DNA of 20,722 nt from an uncultured Thermococci archaeon (GCA_964615185.1 CAZTOS010000041.1:1-20722); one strand, 5' to 3'. Counted from the stretch's first letter, positions 8,202 through 17,998 are shown. The notes: a model not told the origin generated them from the sequence alone. Made by a program: numbers and translations.

Positions 8202-9209
8202 TCAGATCTTACCAGCCAAATGACATTCAACCCAATGGTTATGTTCGTATTCAACAAGCTGCGGATGCTTGATATCACAGAGCCCTTTCTCCATGTAAAC
8301 ACATCTTGGGTGGAATCTACATCCTGGTGGAATATTGACGGCACTTGGAACTTCACCCTTAATTGGCAATTCTTTGATGATGTTTCTTCTCTCCGGAATT
8401 GGTTCAGGAACCGCTGCCAAGAGTGCTCTGGTGTATGGATGTATTGGGTTGTCAATAACTACTTTAGCCGGTCCCATCTCGACTATCCTTCCCAAGTACA
8501 TGACAGCTATCCAGTCTGCGAAGTATCTTGCCGTTGAAAGGTCGTGAGTAATGTAGAGATATGTAACACCCATCTTCTCCTTAAGCTCCTTCATTAACTC
8601 AAGGACTTCTGCTCTAATTGAAACGTCAAGCATAGAAACAGGTTCATCTGCAACTATGAATGTCGGATTCAAAATAAGAGCTCTTGCAATGGCAACTCTC
8701 TGTCTCTGACCACCTGAAAGCATGTGTGGATGTCTTCCCACGTAATCCTCTGGAGGAACTATCTTGACCATTTCCAATGCCTTGTGAATGAGCTCCTCTC
8801 TTTCAGCCCTTGTTTCCCCAATTCCATGAATTAAGAGAGGCTCTTCAAGGACATCATATATTCTGAATCTGGGGTTCATTGATGAGAAAGGATCCTGAAA
8901 TATCATCTGAACTTTTCTTCTATATGCCTTGATCTCTTCCTGAGTCTTTAATTCAGTGACATCCCTTCCCTCCAAGTAGATTCTACCATCCGTAGGTTCA
9001 AGGAGTTTCATGACAAGTTTTCCTGTTGTTGTCTTACCACAGCCACTCTCACCGACCAGGGCGAATACTTCCTGCTTATAAACCTCAAAACTAACCCCAT
9101 CAACAGCTCTGACAAATCTTGGAGGTTCCCCTCTAAGTGCCCCAAGCAACCCTCTCTTGATTGGGAAGTACTTCTTAAGATTCTCAACCTTTAAAATTGG
9201 TTCAGCCAT
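8202..9209 (-). CDS. oppF: Oligopeptide/dipeptide ABC transporter ATP-binding protein (OppF/DppF-like)
   Basis: Walker A GESGCGKTT, QMIFQDP, LSGGQRQR, Walker B IVADEP, ITHDL, C-terminal GCRFHPRC..C..CH. Start at ATG 9209 (MAEPILKV), 10 nt after the oppD stop. Confidence 0.93.
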   Translation of the reverse strand: MAEPILKVENLKKYFPIKRGLLGALRGEPPRFVRAVDGVSFEVYKQEVFALVGESGCGKTTTGKLVMKLLEPTDGRIYLEGRDVTELKTQEEIKAYRRKVQMIFQDPFSSMNPRFRIYDVLEEPLLIHGIGETRAEREELIHKALEMVKIVPPEDYVGRHPHMLSGGQRQRVAIARALILNPTFIVADEPVSMLDVSIRAEVLELMKELKEKMGVTYLYITHDLSTARYFADWIAVMYLGRIVEMGPAKVVIDNPIHPYTRALLAAVPEPIPERRNIIKELPIKGEVPSAVNIPPGCRFHPRCVYMEKGLCDIKHPQLVEYEHNHWVECHLAGKI

Positions 9210-9219
9210 TTTCCATCCC

Positions 9220-10179
9220 TCACAACAACCAGCATGCTGCATAGTGATCTTTATCAATCTCTTTCAGTTCAGGCTCTTGCTCTTTACATACTTGCATTGC
9301 ATATGGACATCTTGGGTGGAATCTACATCCACTTGGCGGGTTAATAAGGTTCGGTGGCTGTCCTGGAATGAATTCGAGCTTATCGACATCTTCATGTAAT
9401 CTTGGGATTGCTGCAAGTAACTTTTGAGTATATGGGTGAGCTGGCTCATAGTAAATCTTCTGGCTGTCACCAATCTCAATTATCTTTCCAGCATACATTA
9501 TTGCCACTCTGTCGCTGATCTCTGCAAGAATGCTCAAGTCGTGAGTAATGAATATCATTGAAAGTCCAAGCTCTTTCTTAAGCTTCTTCATTAAGTTAAT
9601 GATCTGTGCCTGAACAACAACATCAAGAGCTGTCGTTGGCTCATCAGCAATGACGACTTCCGGCTCAAGGATTAACGCTGTTGCAATGATAACTCTCTGC
9701 TTCATACCACCACTTAATTCGTGTGGATACCTGTAAACGATTTCTGGGGAAAGACCAACCAGCTCAAGATATCTCATTGCCCTGTCAAGAGCTTCTTCTT
9801 TCTCCATGCCTTTGTGATAGATAAGTGGTTCAATCATCTGATAGCCAATTGTGTAAACTGGATTTAAAGCATTCATTGCACCCTGGAATATCATTGAGAT
9901 CTTCTGCCATCTGATTTCCCTTCTCAAAACATTCTCCGGAAGTCCAACTATTTCTCTGCCGTCTATTTTAACACTACCACCAACTATCTTTCCTGGAGGA
10001 GTTGGCATTCCCATCAAAGTAAAACCAAGAGAGGACTTGCCACATCCGCTCTCTCCAGCAAGTCCCATAACCTCTCCCTTTTTAAGTTCAAAGCTGACGT
10101 TGTCTACAGCCCTGACGACACCTCTTGATGTAAAGTAATACATTTTGAGATCTTTAACTTCAAGGACAGTTTTAGCCAT
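9220..10179 (-). CDS. oppD: Oligopeptide/dipeptide ABC transporter ATP-binding protein (OppD/DppD-like)
   Basis: GESGCGKSS, MIFQGAMNALNP, LSGGMKQR, IADEPTTALDV, GCRFHPRCP..C..AC; GAGGTGTGA RBS. Confidence 0.95.
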   Translation of the reverse strand: MAKTVLEVKDLKMYYFTSRGVVRAVDNVSFELKKGEVMGLAGESGCGKSSLGFTLMGMPTPPGKIVGGSVKIDGREIVGLPENVLRREIRWQKISMIFQGAMNALNPVYTIGYQMIEPLIYHKGMEKEEALDRAMRYLELVGLSPEIVYRYPHELSGGMKQRVIIATALILEPEVVIADEPTTALDVVVQAQIINLMKKLKKELGLSMIFITHDLSILAEISDRVAIMYAGKIIEIGDSQKIYYEPAHPYTQKLLAAIPRLHEDVDKLEFIPGQPPNLINPPSGCRFHPRCPYAMQVCKEQEPELKEIDKDHYAACWLL

Positions 10180-10189
10180 CTTTCACACC

Positions 10190-11632
10190 TCACAACCTCT
10201 TGAGTCTTGGGTTTAACACCCTATCCAATGCCACACCTATGAGCACGAATGTCAGTGCAACCAATGAGATTGCCAGCCCTGGTGGAATAACCCACCACCA
10301 GTATCCGTTGATTGTTGCGCTGTTTGTCTGTGCATCATGGAGTATTTGTCCCCAAGTGACAGCTGTTGGATCACCAAGTCCAAGGAAGCTGAGAGATGCC
10401 TCAGTAAGAACTGCACTGGGAACGTTCAGAGCCATGACAGCAAATGCATAGGGCATTATCTGAGGCATAATGTGTTTAAAGATAATTCTTCCTGTTCCAG
10501 CCCCTAACGCCCTTGCCGCCTCAACATATGTTTGCTCTTTAATCTGGAGTGCCATGCTTCTTGCAACCTTAGCAATTCCCGTCCAACCGAACATTACCAG
10601 CAGGAAGATTATTGTCCACAGCGTAACGTGTCCCTTGAATGCTGCACCCAGGAGGATAAGGATTGGCAGTGTTGGTATTGAAGCAACAAACTCATTAACT
10701 CTCTGCATAAATTCATCCTTCCAGCCACCAAGATATGCACTTGTAACACCATAAGCAATTCCAATTAAAACGCTCAGCACTGCAACTGCAACTCCAACGA
10801 CAAGTGAAACTCTTGTTCCCCAGACAAGTCCTGCCCACAAATCCCTTCCTTTGTAATCCGTTCCCATGAATCCGTAGGTTCTTCCGGTAAGGATAATCTG
10901 AACTGGTTTCAGATCAATTTTGTCACCCTTGGTGAAAGTGAAGATTTCCACAACAAATTTATAGTCTCCATGAAGTGGCTGGGGATTTATTAGTATACCT
11001 GGTTCAGCTTTTGCAAAGATGACCTCCATGACATCCATTGTACTCTTTATTGTCTCAACTCTACCCTGAAGATTCTTTGGATCCTCAAATTGGGATGCCC
11101 AGTTAAACACATTATTTCTGACTGTACCCATTTTGGCAATCTGATAAATTGAACCTTCCACCAAATCAGCACTCAAGAGTTCAATCTTATTTCCATCTGG
11201 CCTATAAACGGTGATTACAATCTGAGCTGGGGTGTTAAGGTCAGCAAGTTGAGCTCCAATGTTCTTGATTATTAAATCTTTGGGCGGGAGGTCATATTTG
11301 TGGTTGTAATCAAACTCAAATGCATAGTATTTCACCCCACCACCCAAATCTTGTCCTTCAGCTGTGATTTTCAGGTTCTCATATGTCAAGACTTCATGAG
11401 CCGCAAGTTTTTTTGTCGTAAAGTAATTATACCACACCGGTGGGACATTGGTTGGATTTCCTTCCCAATATGTTGTCCATTTCTTTGGAATATCTGGTTC
11501 AGTAATGTAAGGTGCAGCTAATGCAGTAAATACTAAAAGGGCGAGCAGGAAAATTCCAAATAATCCACCTTTTTGTCTTTTAAATTCAAACCAGAAATCC
11601 TTAAGGCTCTCCTTCACGTCAATCCATCTCAT
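10190..11632 (-). CDS. oppC: Peptide ABC transporter permease (OppC/DppC-like) with a large extracellular insertion
   Basis: GTDYKGRDLW..LVWGTRVSL, EAA loop YVEAARALGA, EASLSFLGLGDP..WG, WWW..PPG. Confidence 0.93.
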   Translation of the reverse strand: MRWIDVKESLKDFWFEFKRQKGGLFGIFLLALLVFTALAAPYITEPDIPKKWTTYWEGNPTNVPPVWYNYFTTKKLAAHEVLTYENLKITAEGQDLGGGVKYYAFEFDYNHKYDLPPKDLIIKNIGAQLADLNTPAQIVITVYRPDGNKIELLSADLVEGSIYQIAKMGTVRNNVFNWASQFEDPKNLQGRVETIKSTMDVMEVIFAKAEPGILINPQPLHGDYKFVVEIFTFTKGDKIDLKPVQIILTGRTYGFMGTDYKGRDLWAGLVWGTRVSLVVGVAVAVLSVLIGIAYGVTSAYLGGWKDEFMQRVNEFVASIPTLPILILLGAAFKGHVTLWTIIFLLVMFGWTGIAKVARSMALQIKEQTYVEAARALGAGTGRIIFKHIMPQIMPYAFAVMALNVPSAVLTEASLSFLGLGDPTAVTWGQILHDAQTNSATINGYWWWVIPPGLAISLVALTFVLIGVALDRVLNPRLKRL

Positions 11633-11642
11633 TTACCTCACC

Positions 11643-12704
11643 TCATGTCTGCTGGGATGCACCAACTTTAACTCTCGGATCAAGGTAACCATAAGCTAAA
11701 TCTGCAAGTATCATGCTTATCAGATATAGTGCAACTGTAACGAATGTAACACCCATGAGGAGTCTTGTCTCATTCTGCTGTAAAGCGGTCCAGTAAAGTC
11801 TTCCCATTCCTGGCCAGTTGAAAACACCCTCCGTAATGATTGCACCACCAAGAGAGCCGAGAAGGCTGAAGATTGTCATTGTGATGATTGGTGGAGCAGC
11901 TGCCCTCAGAGCGTGACCATAAATTACCTTTCTCTCCGGGACACCCTTAGCTCTTGCAGCCATAATAAAATCTTCCTGCATTGTACCGATCATAATGTTT
12001 CTTGTTGTCCATGCCCAGCCGCCAAAGAGAACGAACACGATTGTTCCAACCGGAAGTACCATATGATATAGGATGTCAGTATAATATGCAAATCCTTCCT
12101 TAGGTGGTGTAGATGTCATGCCACCACTTGGGAACCATCCCAGTTTGAATGAAAATATGAGGATTGCTATCATACCGAACCACCACATTGGAATACTGCT
12201 TGTTAGCATTGCAATGATAGAAACTGCCCTGTCTAATGCACTCCCTGCAACTTGTGCTGCTTTAACACCTAAGAGAAGACCTATTAGAATAACGATTATT
12301 TGGGCCGTTGTAAAGAGCAGAACTGTTCTTGGGATTGCTGCTGCAATAATCTTTTTCACGTTTGTCTCGCCAAATATTGGAGTCTTCGTGTTCCCAAATT
12401 TAAGTGTTAGAGTATCTTTTGTTCTTTCCAATACCCTAACCCAGAATGGTTTATCCAGACCATAAGCCTTGATAAGTCTGTTATATTCACTTTGATACCA
12501 CTGCTGAAATCTTTCGGGATCGGCTGAAAGCTGCTTCATTAGCTCTGGATTTGCCCTCAGCTTCATATTTATCTGTTCCTGTATGCTTGATTTTAGATCT
12601 TCCTCTGCAACTTTTGTGAACAGAACTGAAACAAGTAGCGTTACCAATGCCAACACTAAAAGCGCATTTAAGAGTCTAATTGCCAAATAACGACCATATC
12701 CCAA
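11643..12704 (-). CDS. oppB: Peptide ABC transporter permease (OppB/DppB-like)
   Basis: YGLDKP, EAA loop DFIMAARAKGV..HALR, GAIITE.VFNWPGMGRL, DPRVK; TTG start preceded by GGGGAGGTGTGAGG. Confidence 0.93.
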   Translation of the reverse strand: MGYGRYLAIRLLNALLVLALVTLLVSVLFTKVAEEDLKSSIQEQINMKLRANPELMKQLSADPERFQQWYQSEYNRLIKAYGLDKPFWVRVLERTKDTLTLKFGNTKTPIFGETNVKKIIAAAIPRTVLLFTTAQIIVILIGLLLGVKAAQVAGSALDRAVSIIAMLTSSIPMWWFGMIAILIFSFKLGWFPSGGMTSTPPKEGFAYYTDILYHMVLPVGTIVFVLFGGWAWTTRNIMIGTMQEDFIMAARAKGVPERKVIYGHALRAAAPPIITMTIFSLLGSLGGAIITEGVFNWPGMGRLYWTALQQNETRLLMGVTFVTVALYLISMILADLAYGYLDPRVKVGASQQT

Positions 12705-12778
12705 ACCTCACACCTCCCCGTTCAGACATGTTCATTCGAGATATTTCTCATTCATCAACATTTTCAATCTTGTAAAAC

Positions 12779-12793
12779 TTTTATATATTTTTC
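12779..12793 (-). promoter_or_regulatory. Internal BRE/TATA promoter for oppBCDF
   Basis: Minus strand GAAAAA-TATATAAAA in the 227-bp gap between oppA and oppB. Confidence 0.6.
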
Positions 12794-12896
12794 TATAACA
12801 ACAAGTGGAGTATGCGTATCTCACAGAATCTAAACAATAAATGCCTGAATACACCAATTATTTACATAGAAGCCATAAAGAAGAGCACTAAGTTAC

Positions 12897-12927
12897 AAAA
12901 ATAAATTAAAAGTTGAAAAGAAGGAAA
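12897..12927 (-). terminator. Oligo-T terminator region after oppA
   Basis: Minus strand TTTCCTTCTTTTCAACTTTTAATTTATTTTT directly after the stop codon; typical archaeal U-tract termination. Confidence 0.55.
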
Positions 12928-12931
12928 TTTT

Positions 12932-15694
12932 TCACTTCCTCCTTCTTAAGAGCAGTGGGATTAGCGCTAATCCAACGAGAGCCGCTGGACCACAGACTCC
13001 AGTCTTTGTTGTTGTAGTTGGTGATGGTGATGGACTTGGGCTTGGAGATGGACTTGGTGATGGGCTCGGACTGCTGGTTGTGGGTGATGTAACCTGCTTC
13101 TTGATTACAATCAATGCCTTCTTGTCTGTAAATGATGTAATGCCCTCCATGAGTCCACCCTTGACGTAAATGTCATATCTTCCTGCTTCCCATTTTGCAG
13201 TTTCTGAACCAGGAACGGTTATCTCAAAGACTCCTGCCTTAGCAAGTTTAGCTTCGCCACTGTAGACGACGTTACCATTCTTATCTCTTATCTCAATGTA
13301 GACGAATCCTTTGTCAGCTGGCTGTGTTCCCTCTGTTGGATACTCAACAACCATGTTTGCCCTGACTTCAATCTTCAGGTCATCGCCTGTAAAGACCCTT
13401 GTTGGAACATTAACACCAGCAAGCTCAAGTTTTGCAAGGATGAGCTTTTGCTTCCAGTAGTCTGGGCTAAATGGATAGGTTGGGTCTCTGAATGCTTTGA
13501 GTTCGACGAATATTTTGTCTGGGTCGTATTTTTCAATGTAGAATGGTCCGTTGCTGACTACGGCGTTGCCGTGCTCGTTAATCCACTTGATGAGTGCGTC
13601 ATAACCTGGGGTTGGATTACTGACGTCACCAGCGATTGAAGCTGGAACTGCCTTCTTAGCCTTGAGTGCCTCAATAACCTTCTTCAAGTCTGCAACGTGG
13701 TCTGCAATGAGTAAGTCAAGCTGTGCAACTCCCTCTGCCTCTTCACTGAATGAGTACTTCTGGGATGCCCCATATTCTTGTCCCTTTGCAACAAGCTCAC
13801 CCATTGCATAGAGGAGCTGCCACGGAAGTGTTGGCCAAACAGCATTATTCGCAGCAATCACATCATCAGCAATCGGATGAATATAATCCGTATAAACCGC
13901 GATTGTGTCCTCATCGACGAACTCGTAACCCTTAATCTGGTTGGCAATATCAACGAATGCGTTTGCGACCTTCTCATCGTAGTATGGATCATCGTCGCCA
14001 TTCTTGTAAGCCCATTCGTAGTTGAATGCTATTGCGTACTTGAAGTCTGCCATTGTCATTGGTTGTCCATCATGCCAGTTGCCCAACTTACAGTCGTATG
14101 TGACCTTAGCCTTAGCCTCTTCACCAGCATGCGGTGAGACCCACTTCTTCACAGTTGCATTCCAGATGACTGCAGTATCAGGAACCTTAATTGGTCCTCT
14201 CTCAACCTTGAAGTCACACCTGACTGGGATGTATGTTCCCGTTGAGAGGTCTGTGAAGACTGGGTAATCTCTAACGATTCTCCAGATTGCTGAAGAATAA
14301 ACGTCGTCAATACCACCGATTGGGTTGAATGCGCTCATGAAGAGTGCACCAGTTGCTGAGTACTCAGCAACGTTAACAACCTTATCCGGAGTCTCAGCAG
14401 TAATCAAACCCCACCTCGTCCACAGACCGCTTGAAACGTCCCTTGCAATTGCCTTAACTCTGTCCTTGTTGACTGGGAAGTACTCCCATGTTTCTGCTGT
14501 AAACATTCTTATGTTGTCCATTATACCGAGTCCCATTGAAATCTTCTGGAGATCCCAGTACTGGTCAGCATTACCCTCTTCAAGCTTATACTCCTTACCA
14601 TTGACCTCAACACTTGTAAGTACAAGAAGCTTTGTAACATCATCAATTGTCCAGTCATAAAGTTCCTTAAGCTTGTCTCCAACATAGTATTTGAGACCAA
14701 GCACCTCAACAGCCTTGTCGGGGCCTCCAATGTAGTCAATGAAGTCCTTGACTGTGAGAGTTGGCTTGTATTCCCATCCAACTGGGGCTGGAAGCCATCC
14801 ATACCAGTCAGCATACCAGAAGGCTGTATAATCATCCGGCCACTTAATGTTAACTGTTGAAACCCAACCAGCAGTGTAAAGATTCCACTCATAGTTCTTT
14901 GGATCACTTAAATAGACTGTTGACGAAGCCTTCCTCCTATCCCAGAGAAGTCTCTCAACCTTGAAGTGGAAGAACTTTTCAATTAAGTCGGCAACATAAA
15001 GACCCTCGTCTTTTCTTCTATCTTCAATTCTTATGATGAATTTGACTGTGACGGGTTCACCATCGAAGTACCACCACTCTTTGCCCTCTGCGTCCTTCTT
15101 GAGCTCAAGTTTGTGTCCCTCCTTTGCCAGATCATCAGCAGCTTTCTTCATGGCTTCTTCAACCATCTTCTGTGCCTTTGTAACATCTGCTGTAGCTGAA
15201 ATACCAAGAGCCTTGTAAACTGGCTCAAAGTATGGGTTTGCACCTGTGCTTGGTCTTATTCCTCCAATCATTGGTGCACCTGAACCTTGGAGGATGTTCT
15301 GAACAATGTACTGTCTGCTGACAAGCCAGTTCATGGCAAACCTAACTTCCCTAATTGCAAATGGGTTGAAATATTTCTTCTCACCAACTGTGATTAAGTA
15401 TGGGTTGTCATCGTCGTGAACTGGGTTCATTGTGATTTCCCAGTAACCGCTTGCGGTCTTAATAAGCTTCAAGTTGTCTAAGACATCCTTTGGTAAATCT
15501 TTGAACTTTGCCCCACTAACCGACCAGAGGAAAATATCCAAGTCCCCCTTCGCAACATCAGTAATACCAGTTTCCTCATTAGTCCTAATTGAGATATAAA
15601 CAGTGTCAGGGGCTGGACCCTGCTCTGCTGCAGCTAATGGTCCTAAAAGCATGACAAAAACAAACAACAAAGCCAAAATTCCAGACCTCTTCAT
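12932..15694 (-). CDS. oppA: Peptide ABC transporter substrate-binding protein (SBP family 5) with CGP-CTERM tail
   Basis: 920 aa; signal peptide; NPF..REVR.AMN..V.R, WHDGQPMT..D, SNGPFY motifs; Ser/Pro/Thr linker then VCGPAALVGLALIPLLLRRRK; heads the oppBCDF cluster; GAGGGAGG RBS. Confidence 0.93.
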   Translation of the reverse strand: MKRSGILALLFVFVMLLGPLAAAEQGPAPDTVYISIRTNEETGITDVAKGDLDIFLWSVSGAKFKDLPKDVLDNLKLIKTASGYWEITMNPVHDDDNPYLITVGEKKYFNPFAIREVRFAMNWLVSRQYIVQNILQGSGAPMIGGIRPSTGANPYFEPVYKALGISATADVTKAQKMVEEAMKKAADDLAKEGHKLELKKDAEGKEWWYFDGEPVTVKFIIRIEDRRKDEGLYVADLIEKFFHFKVERLLWDRRKASSTVYLSDPKNYEWNLYTAGWVSTVNIKWPDDYTAFWYADWYGWLPAPVGWEYKPTLTVKDFIDYIGGPDKAVEVLGLKYYVGDKLKELYDWTIDDVTKLLVLTSVEVNGKEYKLEEGNADQYWDLQKISMGLGIMDNIRMFTAETWEYFPVNKDRVKAIARDVSSGLWTRWGLITAETPDKVVNVAEYSATGALFMSAFNPIGGIDDVYSSAIWRIVRDYPVFTDLSTGTYIPVRCDFKVERGPIKVPDTAVIWNATVKKWVSPHAGEEAKAKVTYDCKLGNWHDGQPMTMADFKYAIAFNYEWAYKNGDDDPYYDEKVANAFVDIANQIKGYEFVDEDTIAVYTDYIHPIADDVIAANNAVWPTLPWQLLYAMGELVAKGQEYGASQKYSFSEEAEGVAQLDLLIADHVADLKKVIEALKAKKAVPASIAGDVSNPTPGYDALIKWINEHGNAVVSNGPFYIEKYDPDKIFVELKAFRDPTYPFSPDYWKQKLILAKLELAGVNVPTRVFTGDDLKIEVRANMVVEYPTEGTQPADKGFVYIEIRDKNGNVVYSGEAKLAKAGVFEITVPGSETAKWEAGRYDIYVKGGLMEGITSFTDKKALIVIKKQVTSPTTSSPSPSPSPSPSPSPSPSPTTTTKTGVCGPAALVGLALIPLLLRRRK
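13019..13072 (-). repeat. (Ser-Pro)9 coding repeat in the OppA linker
   Basis: Nine SP units encoded with mixed codons (AGT/AGC/TCA/TCT plus CCA/CCG), flanked by Thr runs. Confidence 0.9.
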
Positions 15695-16044
15695 GGTTTA
15701 GTCCTCCCTCATTTTTCTAACACTATTGCATTCCTTAGAGTATAAAGGCATAAGATTATACATGCGATTCCTATTTAAGAGTTACGTTTTTGTAAAACTT
15801 TGGAGATACTCATTGAAATCTCACAAGGTTATTGGTAAAAATAAGCCCAAACCTTAGCTTATGCATTCAATGTGACACTAACATTCTATAAATCCAAAAT
15901 TTATCCTTCAAATATCAAGAGTTTAATGTATTAACCTCAAAAAAGTTTGTAGAAAGCCGAGAAAATCGTTTGAAACCTTGTTTCATGTTGATTGTAGCGA
16001 AAAACTTAAAAACATTAGACATTTGACGTTCAAGCGGGCACGTT

Positions 16045-17268
16045 ATGCATGGGTTGGTTCTGAAAGGCAAGTTCTTTATTGAAAATCAAGTTGTAAACGG
16101 ATACATTGGAGTTGATAATGGTAAAATCACAAAATTTTCAAAAAGTCCTCTTAATGGAGAGGAAGTAATTGAAACAAAAACTCATGAAGTTATAATGCCT
16201 GGAATAATCGATGTTCACGTCCATTTAAGAGATTTCAGCCAAAAACATAAGGAAACTGTGAAAAGTGGAACTATGGCAGCCCTTCACGGAGGAATAACCA
16301 CAGTGTTCGATATGCCAAATACAGATCCAGCAATTATGAGTAAGGAAATTTTTGAAAAAAGGGCAGAACTCTTCAAGAGAAAATCATATACAGATTACGC
16401 ATTGGGCTTTTTGATTTCAGGAAACTGCAGTGAGATCAAAAATGTAAAAGCAGATTTTTATAAAATCTTCATGGGAGCCTCTACGGGAGGAATTTACTCG
16501 GAAAATTTTGAAGAGGATTATAAGTGTGCTAACAAAAGGGTTAGCGTCCACGCTGAGGATTATGAGCTAATCCAAAAATTCCCAGAGAGACCCAACATTG
16601 TAGAGGCCAAAGCAATTGAAAAAGCTCTAAATGTTAGCAAAAGATTAAGGAAACCTCTCCACATTTGTCACGTCTCTACAAAAGAAGGGTTAAAGAGAAT
16701 TTTGGAGGAAGGTCTTCCATGGATAAGCTTTGAAGTTACTCCCCATCACTTATTTCTGACTAAAAGGGACTTTGAGGAAAATCCACTTTTAAAAGTGTAT
16801 CCTCCATTAAGAAGCAAAGAAGATGTCAAATATCTTTGGCAGAACTTCGAAAAAATCCCAATTGTTGCAAGTGACCACGCTCCCCACACTTTGGATGAAA
16901 AAGAAGAAGGCGCAGCAGGATTGCCAGGATTAGAGACAGAATTGGCACTTCTCCTGACAGCGTACAACAAGGGTATGATTTCTCTTTGGGATATAATTGA
17001 AAAAACATCTCTAAACCCAGCTAAGATTTTTGGAATAAAGAACAAAGGTTTCGAAGTCGGGAAGGACGCTGATTTAATAGTTGTGAACCTAAAAGAGGAG
17101 TGGAAAGTTGAACCTGAAGAGTTTTATACAAAAGCAAAATGGAGCCCATTTGAAGAATGGAAGTTGAAAGGAAAGGTTAAGATGACTCTGCTTAGAGGAA
17201 AAGTTGTTATGGAAGACGATGAAATCGTAGGAAAGCCAAGGGGGGAGAGAATTGTTATTGAGAGTTGA
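16045..17268 (+). CDS. pyrC: Dihydroorotase
   Basis: PGIIDVHVHLR, SGT.AA.HGGITTVFDMPNT, HAED, HICHVST, EVTPHHL, KVYPPLR, SDHAPH, SPFE.W.LKG; adjacent to pyrK. Confidence 0.95.
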   Translation: MHGLVLKGKFFIENQVVNGYIGVDNGKITKFSKSPLNGEEVIETKTHEVIMPGIIDVHVHLRDFSQKHKETVKSGTMAALHGGITTVFDMPNTDPAIMSKEIFEKRAELFKRKSYTDYALGFLISGNCSEIKNVKADFYKIFMGASTGGIYSENFEEDYKCANKRVSVHAEDYELIQKFPERPNIVEAKAIEKALNVSKRLRKPLHICHVSTKEGLKRILEEGLPWISFEVTPHHLFLTKRDFEENPLLKVYPPLRSKEDVKYLWQNFEKIPIVASDHAPHTLDEKEEGAAGLPGLETELALLLTAYNKGMISLWDIIEKTSLNPAKIFGIKNKGFEVGKDADLIVVNLKEEWKVEPEEFYTKAKWSPFEEWKLKGKVKMTLLRGKVVMEDDEIVGKPRGERIVIES

Positions 17269-17998
17269 ACTGAGTGAAGTGTGGGAAGAAGCCAAGAACA
17301 TTAAAGCCTTCCGCTTTAACAGAAAACTCGACTTTGTGCCGGGTCAGTTTATAATGGTCTGGCTCCCAGACTTTGGAGAAAAGCCGTTCAGCTTAGCTGA
17401 TAAAGACTTAATCCTCGTGAAGAGAGTTGGGGCATTTACATCAAAAATGTTTGAGCTGAAAGAAGGCGATTACATTTGGATTCGTGGTCCCTATGGAAGG
17501 GGATTTGAGCCAAAGGGGAAGAGGATTTCACTGGTCGCTGGTGGAATTGGGACTCCCCCGCTGTATGCCCTTGCAAAGCATTATAGAAGACATTTTGAGA
17601 GAATCACTTTGATCTATGGAGCTAAGAGTAAAGATGAATTTGCACTGCTTGACATTGAGAATTATGTTGATGAAATTATTCTAACAACTGACGATGGAAG
17701 CTTAGGAGTTAAAGGCTTTCCAACGGATGTTTTAGCAGAGAGAAAGGATGAATTTGACCATGTTTATACTTGCGGTCCCGAAATCATGATGGCAAAAGTC
17801 CTCGAAATCATGAACTTTAAGAATGTTCAAGTTTCAGCTGAGAGGTATATGAAGTGTGGAATTGGTGTCTGTGGAAGCTGCGCCCTTGGAGAATATCTTG
17901 TGTGCAGAGACGGACCTGTGTTTTATGGAGAACAGCTCAAGAACACAGAGCTTGGAAAATTCAAGAGACTGCCGGATGGGAGGATTGCCAGGCTTTAA
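17252..17998 (+). CDS. pyrK: Dihydroorotate dehydrogenase electron transfer subunit (FAD/NAD, [2Fe-2S])
   Basis: PGQFIMVW, EKPFS, IRGPYGRGF, VAGGIG, TCGPE.MM, ERYMKCGIGVCGSC...VCRDGPVF; TTG start overlapping the pyrC end, with a GGGGGAG RBS. Confidence 0.92.
   Translation: MLLRVELSEVWEEAKNIKAFRFNRKLDFVPGQFIMVWLPDFGEKPFSLADKDLILVKRVGAFTSKMFELKEGDYIWIRGPYGRGFEPKGKRISLVAGGIGTPPLYALAKHYRRHFERITLIYGAKSKDEFALLDIENYVDEIILTTDDGSLGVKGFPTDVLAERKDEFDHVYTCGPEIMMAKVLEIMNFKNVQVSAERYMKCGIGVCGSCALGEYLVCRDGPVFYGEQLKNTELGKFKRLPDGRIARL

Noticed and set aside
8165..8455. 97-aa N-terminal extension of the 7682..8455 ORF
   Set aside because: Overlaps oppF in another frame and crosses its T-rich 3' region; the protein-like sequence starts at ATG 8164.
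9210..9257. Cys-containing N-terminal extension of OppF (MIKITMQHAGCCEGWK)
   Set aside because: An out-of-frame read of the oppD 3' end; the ATG at 9209 has a purine-rich RBS and gives the canonical start.
13019..13072. Short-period repeat as a possible CRISPR array or VNTR
   Set aside because: 6-nt period, no spacers, degenerate at synonymous positions; it encodes the Ser-Pro linker.
13448..15218. Several antisense and alternate-frame ORFs inside oppA (and similar ones inside glnA, EamA, oppB, oppC, pyrC and the radical SAM gene)
   Set aside because: Expected by-products of codon bias in real genes; no motifs, RBS or promoters.
15968..15976. GTTTGAAAC matching the short SurR motif GTT-N3-AAC upstream of pyrC
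   Set aside because: Only six specified bases, single copy, lacks the extended N5-GTT; readily arises by chance.
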